In this document: positions 28,201 to 32,000 of the stretch, one piece after another
Numbering within the stretch: position 1 is the stretch's first letter
How the letters are laid out: every line of letters begins with the position of its first letter
Assembly (NCBI GenBank): GCA_030606485.1
Contig: JAUWGH010000001.1
Span: 300,001 to 332,000 of the forward strand
Direction of reading: 5' to 3'
Length of the DNA stretch: 32,000 nucleotides
Source of the DNA: Promethearchaeota archaeon
GTDB taxonomy: Archaea; Asgardarchaeota; Lokiarchaeia; Sigyniarchaeales; SOKP01
Notes under the pieces: model-generated
Database searches by the model: none
Told to the model about the DNA's origin: nothing
The model's input: the letters and a program-made list of their open reading frames with translations, nothing else
Made by a program: the position numbers and the translations under genes

Positions 28201-29043
28201 ATGTATTTCGCATATGTTGATGAATCAGGTAATAAAGATATAAACAATAAGCAAAATAAACTCTATGTTATAGTAGCTATAATTATTCATGAACAATATT
28301 GGGATTATATTCATAAAGAATGTAAAAACCTAAAGCAAAAAATTTGGAATCTAGTCAAAAATGAAGAAGATCCGATAGATATACCAGAAGATTTTGAACT
28401 CCATATGAAAGAAATTTCTCGTAAAGAAGGATATTATGCCTCTATTGGAGATGATGATAAAAAATTACGAAAAATCTGGCAAGAAATGTATTATTTTTTG
28501 TCTAAACTTTTTATAAAAATTGTATCAATAGTAGTACATAAGGAACATTTTCTAAAACAAAATTACTTAGGAGTGGCAAATTGGGCATTTAAACTATTGA
28601 TTGAAAGATTAAACCGCTATGTTATGGATAGCAATCCGGAAAAACAGCAACATATTATGATAGTTATGGATTCGGTTGATTCCGAATTTGATGAGCAAAA
28701 ACGTCATGAAATCGAAACTTTCATAAAATATGGTACGGGACAAGGTTGGGATGAATTTCCCGAGCAAGTTATCGAAACACCTTTTATTGTTGATTCAAAA
28801 ATTCATAATGGCGTTCAATTGGCGGACATAGTAGCATATTTAGTGAGAAGGTATGCTATGAAATATTTTGGTTTAAGTCCAGGTGCCTTTTTTAATGACT
28901 ATTGTGATGATTTATTGACACTAATTGAGGATAAGTTTTATAGGCATAATAGCTATACACTTAAGGGATATGGTATGATGATCTTTCCCCGAAATTCCCC
29001 CATCGACGAACAATTTTGGAAAGTTTTTTACGGATATAAATAA
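28201..29043 (+). CDS. DUF3800 family protein (RNase H-like fold)
   Basis: N-terminal YFAYVDESG, ELH, and C-terminal GVQLADIVAY. Confidence 0.88.
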   Translation: MYFAYVDESGNKDINNKQNKLYVIVAIIIHEQYWDYIHKECKNLKQKIWNLVKNEEDPIDIPEDFELHMKEISRKEGYYASIGDDDKKLRKIWQEMYYFLSKLFIKIVSIVVHKEHFLKQNYLGVANWAFKLLIERLNRYVMDSNPEKQQHIMIVMDSVDSEFDEQKRHEIETFIKYGTGQGWDEFPEQVIETPFIVDSKIHNGVQLADIVAYLVRRYAMKYFGLSPGAFFNDYCDDLLTLIEDKFYRHNSYTLKGYGMMIFPRNSPIDEQFWKVFYGYK

Positions 29044-29051
29044 TCCACTTG

Positions 29052-29127
29052 TTCTAATGAATCAGATGAAAAAATTCTAGAAGGTGTTATTTCTAATAAT
29101 TTTCACTTATTTATTTTATTTCTATTA
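29052..29127 (+). repeat. 76-bp direct repeat, right copy (intergenic, displaced fragment of the 475-aa HEPN gene)
   Basis: 74/76 identical to 23877-23952; begins 9 nt after the DUF3800 stop; reads SNESDEKILEGVISNNFHLFILFLL. Confidence 0.95.
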
Positions 29128-29224
29128 TTAAATATTATTCTTAAATAAATTGTCTTTTTATATTAATTAAATAGTTTTTATGATGGTGAAAAAATTTTTA
29201 TTTAAAATGTTTTAGGTTGTAATT

Positions 29225-29836
29225 ATGGAAGATGAGAATTCAAGGATAATATTATGTTATAAAATGAAATATACGATTGCTGATTATGAAAAGGATAAAA
29301 AGGAAGGAAACAGAAAAAGAATGGCTGAATTCATCTATGAAAGATTTAATGAGCGTTACATAGAGCCATTCGATGCAATAATAGACAAGAAGAAAAAAAA
29401 AAGCGGTTTTAGCTTAATGGCGATCTCGTGCTTGATGATTGAGGCACTAGAAACTTTTTGGCAAGGTTTAAAAGATTCAAGAGAAAAGGAAAATGGTGAA
29501 AATATAAGGGGGGGGGATTTCTTTGAAGCTTTTTTTTCGCATTGTAATGAATTAAGGGAATTCGGAGGGTTCGGAAAGAAATTCTATAAGCACATTCGAT
29601 GTGGGATTCTACACCAAGCAGAAACTACTGGTGGGTGGAAGATCAGTAGAAAGGAAGAAGTTCCACTCTTAGATAAAGCGACAAGAACCATCAATGCTAA
29701 CAAATTTTTCAACCAATTAAAGAAGTATCTGAAAAGGTACAGAACTGAATTAGAAACGCAAGAGTTAAATAGCGATATTTGGGTGAAATTTAATAAAAAG
29801 ATGGAAGCTATTATAAGCAATTGTGTTGTGGGATAG
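29225..29836 (+). CDS. Stand-alone HEPN domain protein
   Basis: GFSLMAISCLMIEALETF and FYKHIRCGILHQAE (R-x4-H). Confidence 0.72.
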   Translation: MEDENSRIILCYKMKYTIADYEKDKKEGNRKRMAEFIYERFNERYIEPFDAIIDKKKKKSGFSLMAISCLMIEALETFWQGLKDSREKENGENIRGGDFFEAFFSHCNELREFGGFGKKFYKHIRCGILHQAETTGGWKISRKEEVPLLDKATRTINANKFFNQLKKYLKRYRTELETQELNSDIWVKFNKKMEAIISNCVVG

Positions 29837-29846
29837 AGTTCATATA

Positions 29847-29870
29847 ATTAGATCAATTTAATGATCTAAT
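29847..29870. terminator. Stem-loop just after the 203-aa HEPN gene
   Basis: attagatca (29847-29855) pairs with tgatctaat (29862-29870), 6-nt loop. Role not established. Confidence 0.35.
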
Positions 29871-30135
29871 AGTTTGATAAATTAATTTATAATTACCATC
29901 TTTTAATTTTTATAAGATTGACTAAAGAAAGAAAAAAAGAATTTATTTATTTTGCTCGTTTAGCACTCCAAGCTACAAATAAAGATAATACAGATGCATC
30001 AGACAAATCACTACAAGAAGCTGAGATATGCAAAAAGGAATTGACATCTAACCCTAAAATTAATTTTAAATTAAAATAGGGAAAAAAATAGTAATTTTTT
30101 ATACTATTTCTTTTGATTTCATTATTTTGTTTGTT

Positions 30136-30957
30136 TTATAGATTTAAGACATCTTTCATAGTATAGATACGATTTTTATTTTGTCTAAAAATATACTTCA
30201 TTGCTTTTATTGCTCCTTCTGCAAAACAATCTCTACTGATCGCTTTATGTTGCAATTCAATGTATTCCCCTGGACCTGCATAGAGTACTGTATGATTTCC
30301 TATAATATCGCCAGCTCGAATGCAATGTATTCCAATTTCGTTCTTTGCACCTTTCTTTCTTAAAGCTGGACCTTTTGGACGCCCATACTTAATAACATCA
30401 TCCATTTTAACTCCAAGAGTATCGCAAATTATTTTTGCTATAGTTAAACTCGTCCCTGAATAATTATCTCGTTTTCTTTTATGATGACCTTCAATTATTT
30501 CAATATCCCAATCGTTTAAATATTCAGTTAAAATTGATGCCATTTTGAATAAAATGTTTACACCCGTTGCCATATTAGGCGAAATCACTGCTGGAGCCTT
30601 CTTTGTTTTTACAAGCTTTTCGAATTCATCGAGAAAATCTTGGGTCATTGCTGTTGTTCCAATTACGCATTTAATTCCGTTTTCAACACAGATTTTGCAA
30701 TTTTTTTCTGTTGCTTTTGCCACAGTAAAATCTACGGCGACATCTGGTTTAGTTTCGTCTATAACTTTTTGAAGATAATTAACATCACTGATTTTGATTT
30801 TATTCCTATCTTTTACGGCTAGGAGCCCTCCTAATTCTTCGCCGATGTTATTTACATCGCAAGCGGCAACTATTTCAATTTCATCGTCATTTAATGCTAA
30901 TCCACTAATGAGTCTCCCCATTATACCCGTAGGACCTAAAATTAGTAATTTTATCAT
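30136..30957 (-). CDS. dapB: 4-hydroxy-tetrahydrodipicolinate reductase
   Basis: GPTGIMG, VDFT, VIGTT, SPNMATG, EGHHKRKRDNYSGT, IRAGDIIGNH, FAEGA. Confidence 0.95.
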   Translation of the reverse strand: MIKLLILGPTGIMGRLISGLALNDDEIEIVAACDVNNIGEELGGLLAVKDRNKIKISDVNYLQKVIDETKPDVAVDFTVAKATEKNCKICVENGIKCVIGTTAMTQDFLDEFEKLVKTKKAPAVISPNMATGVNILFKMASILTEYLNDWDIEIIEGHHKRKRDNYSGTSLTIAKIICDTLGVKMDDVIKYGRPKGPALRKKGAKNEIGIHCIRAGDIIGNHTVLYAGPGEYIELQHKAISRDCFAEGAIKAMKYIFRQNKNRIYTMKDVLNL

Positions 30958-30983
30958 TATATTCTACCTTAAATCAAGCTTTT

Positions 30984-31886
30984 CTAAATTAATTTTAAAT
31001 TTTTTAATACTATTTTAATTTTTTCTTGATTGTCTAATAACGGAGGCGTTAGTGGCAACCTCATCCTTTTATTCATTAAACCGAGCAATTCAGCCGCAAA
31101 TTTTACCGGACCTGGATTTGTTTCAACAAATAATACTTTAAAAAGATCATAATATAGTAATTGCTGTTCCCTTGCATTATTCCAGAGATCCCTTTCCATT
31201 GTTTCGTAAAATTCGACCATTTTAAACGGGATAATGTTCGATGCGACACTAATTACTCCCTTACCACCCAGAGCCATAATATGAAAAGTTAGTGAATCAT
31301 CTCCGCTAAGGACGATAAAATCATCAGGGCATAATTTGAAAATCTTAGTGATTTGGTCAATGTTTCCACTTGCGCATTTTATCCCCACAACATTATCATT
31401 CTTTTTTGCAATAGTAGCTACCGTTTCTGGATTAATATTCCTAACCGTACGTCCCGGAACATTATACACAATTATTGGAATCTTGACTTGCTCAGCAATT
31501 GTATTGTAATGATCTATAAGTGAATGTTGAACGGGTTTGTTATAATAAGGAACAACAATTAATGCTCCATCGGCTCCAGCTTCCTCTGCTCTGGTTGTTA
31601 GCGAGATTGCCTCGTTTGTGGAATTACTTCCCGTTCCAGCTAACACAAAGGGATCTTTCCCGGTTTTTCTTGCTTCATCAACGGAAATTTTTACCGCTTC
31701 AATATGTTCCTCATGAGAGAGAGTTGCCGCCTCTCCCGTTGTACCCATAGTTAAAATATTTGCACCGTTATTAACTTGAAATTTTATAAATTCCCGATAT
31801 TTCTCTTCATCCAGAGAAAAGTCTTCCTTAAATGGCGTAATTAAAGCGGTTATCACATTTTTAAGTTTTTCTAATTTATCAGACAT
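30984..31886 (-). CDS. dapA: 4-hydroxy-tetrahydrodipicolinate synthase
   Basis: TALITPF, GTTGE, AGTGSNST, PYYNKP, YNVPGRT, VGIK (Schiff-base Lys), SGDD, ETNPGPVK. Start placed at ATG 31886 rather than 31916. Confidence 0.96.
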   Translation of the reverse strand: MSDKLEKLKNVITALITPFKEDFSLDEEKYREFIKFQVNNGANILTMGTTGEAATLSHEEHIEAVKISVDEARKTGKDPFVLAGTGSNSTNEAISLTTRAEEAGADGALIVVPYYNKPVQHSLIDHYNTIAEQVKIPIIVYNVPGRTVRNINPETVATIAKKNDNVVGIKCASGNIDQITKIFKLCPDDFIVLSGDDSLTFHIMALGGKGVISVASNIIPFKMVEFYETMERDLWNNAREQQLLYYDLFKVLFVETNPGPVKFAAELLGLMNKRMRLPLTPPLLDNQEKIKIVLKNLKLI

Positions 31887-32000
31887 TGTAATCAAACTAT
31901 AACCAGTTAACATCATATAAAATTGGTTGAGAATAAGATATGTCCAATTTATTTAATAATCTTATGGAATATTCTATTAATAATAAGATAAAAATGAGTT

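Larger units (their letters stand above)
20350..30135. mobile_element. Putative accessory/defence island between lysA and dapB (HEPN-rich)
   Basis: Mixed-orientation genes, five with HEPN-type R-x-H motifs, plus DUF3800, pseudogene fragments and internal repeats, all between convergent lysine-biosynthesis genes. Ends are approximate; no integrase seen. Confidence 0.6.

Noticed and set aside
20382-30081. ccctatttt / aaaataggg as terminal inverted repeats of the island
   Set aside because: Only 9 bp in very AT-rich DNA; likely chance.
4580-31750. Short overlapping ORFs in the track (4580, 5605, 7964, 8498, 8967, 10270, 11811, 14810, 16425, 18166, 18356, 24913, 26146, 29584, 30181, 30545, 30640, 30794, 31520)
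   Set aside because: They are antisense or alternate-frame shadows of well-supported genes (24913 shadows the weak 82-aa ORF) and have no motifs of their own.
1-32000. tRNA, rRNA, integrase or transposase genes
   Set aside because: No GC-rich structured segment or recognisable recombinase/transposase motif was seen by eye; a covariance-model scan was not run.

Overview
Strongly AT-rich archaeal window, most likely from a Lokiarchaeia/Promethearchaeota (Asgard) genome. This is inferred from a Rab-like small GTPase, CdhD, a Loki-CTERM-like surface protein and BRE/TATA promoters; no rRNA is present to confirm it. The housekeeping backbone comprises two tandem acyl-CoA dehydrogenase paralogs, a MOP-family flippase with an extracellular N-terminal domain, an SDR, a DUF1998 DEAH helicase, an ArsR-like regulator, an orphan cdhD, and the lysine genes dapF-lysA (+) and dapB-dapA (-). 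Three things stand out. (1) A tail-anchored small GTPase has its motifs in the order G3-G4-G5-G1-G2, an apparent circular permutation. (2) A 2.4 kb insertion encodes a six-repeat protein with a putative PD-(D/E)XK nuclease and is bounded by a 56-bp direct repeat (53/56) that copies the 3' end of the helicase. (3) A ~9.8 kb island between lysA and dapB carries five dissimilar proteins with HEPN-type RNase motifs plus DUF3800, with an internal 5 kb module bounded by a 76-bp direct repeat (74/76). Several pseudogene remnants and displaced copies of gene 3' ends are also visible. All family assignments come from reading motifs by eye; no database searches were run.
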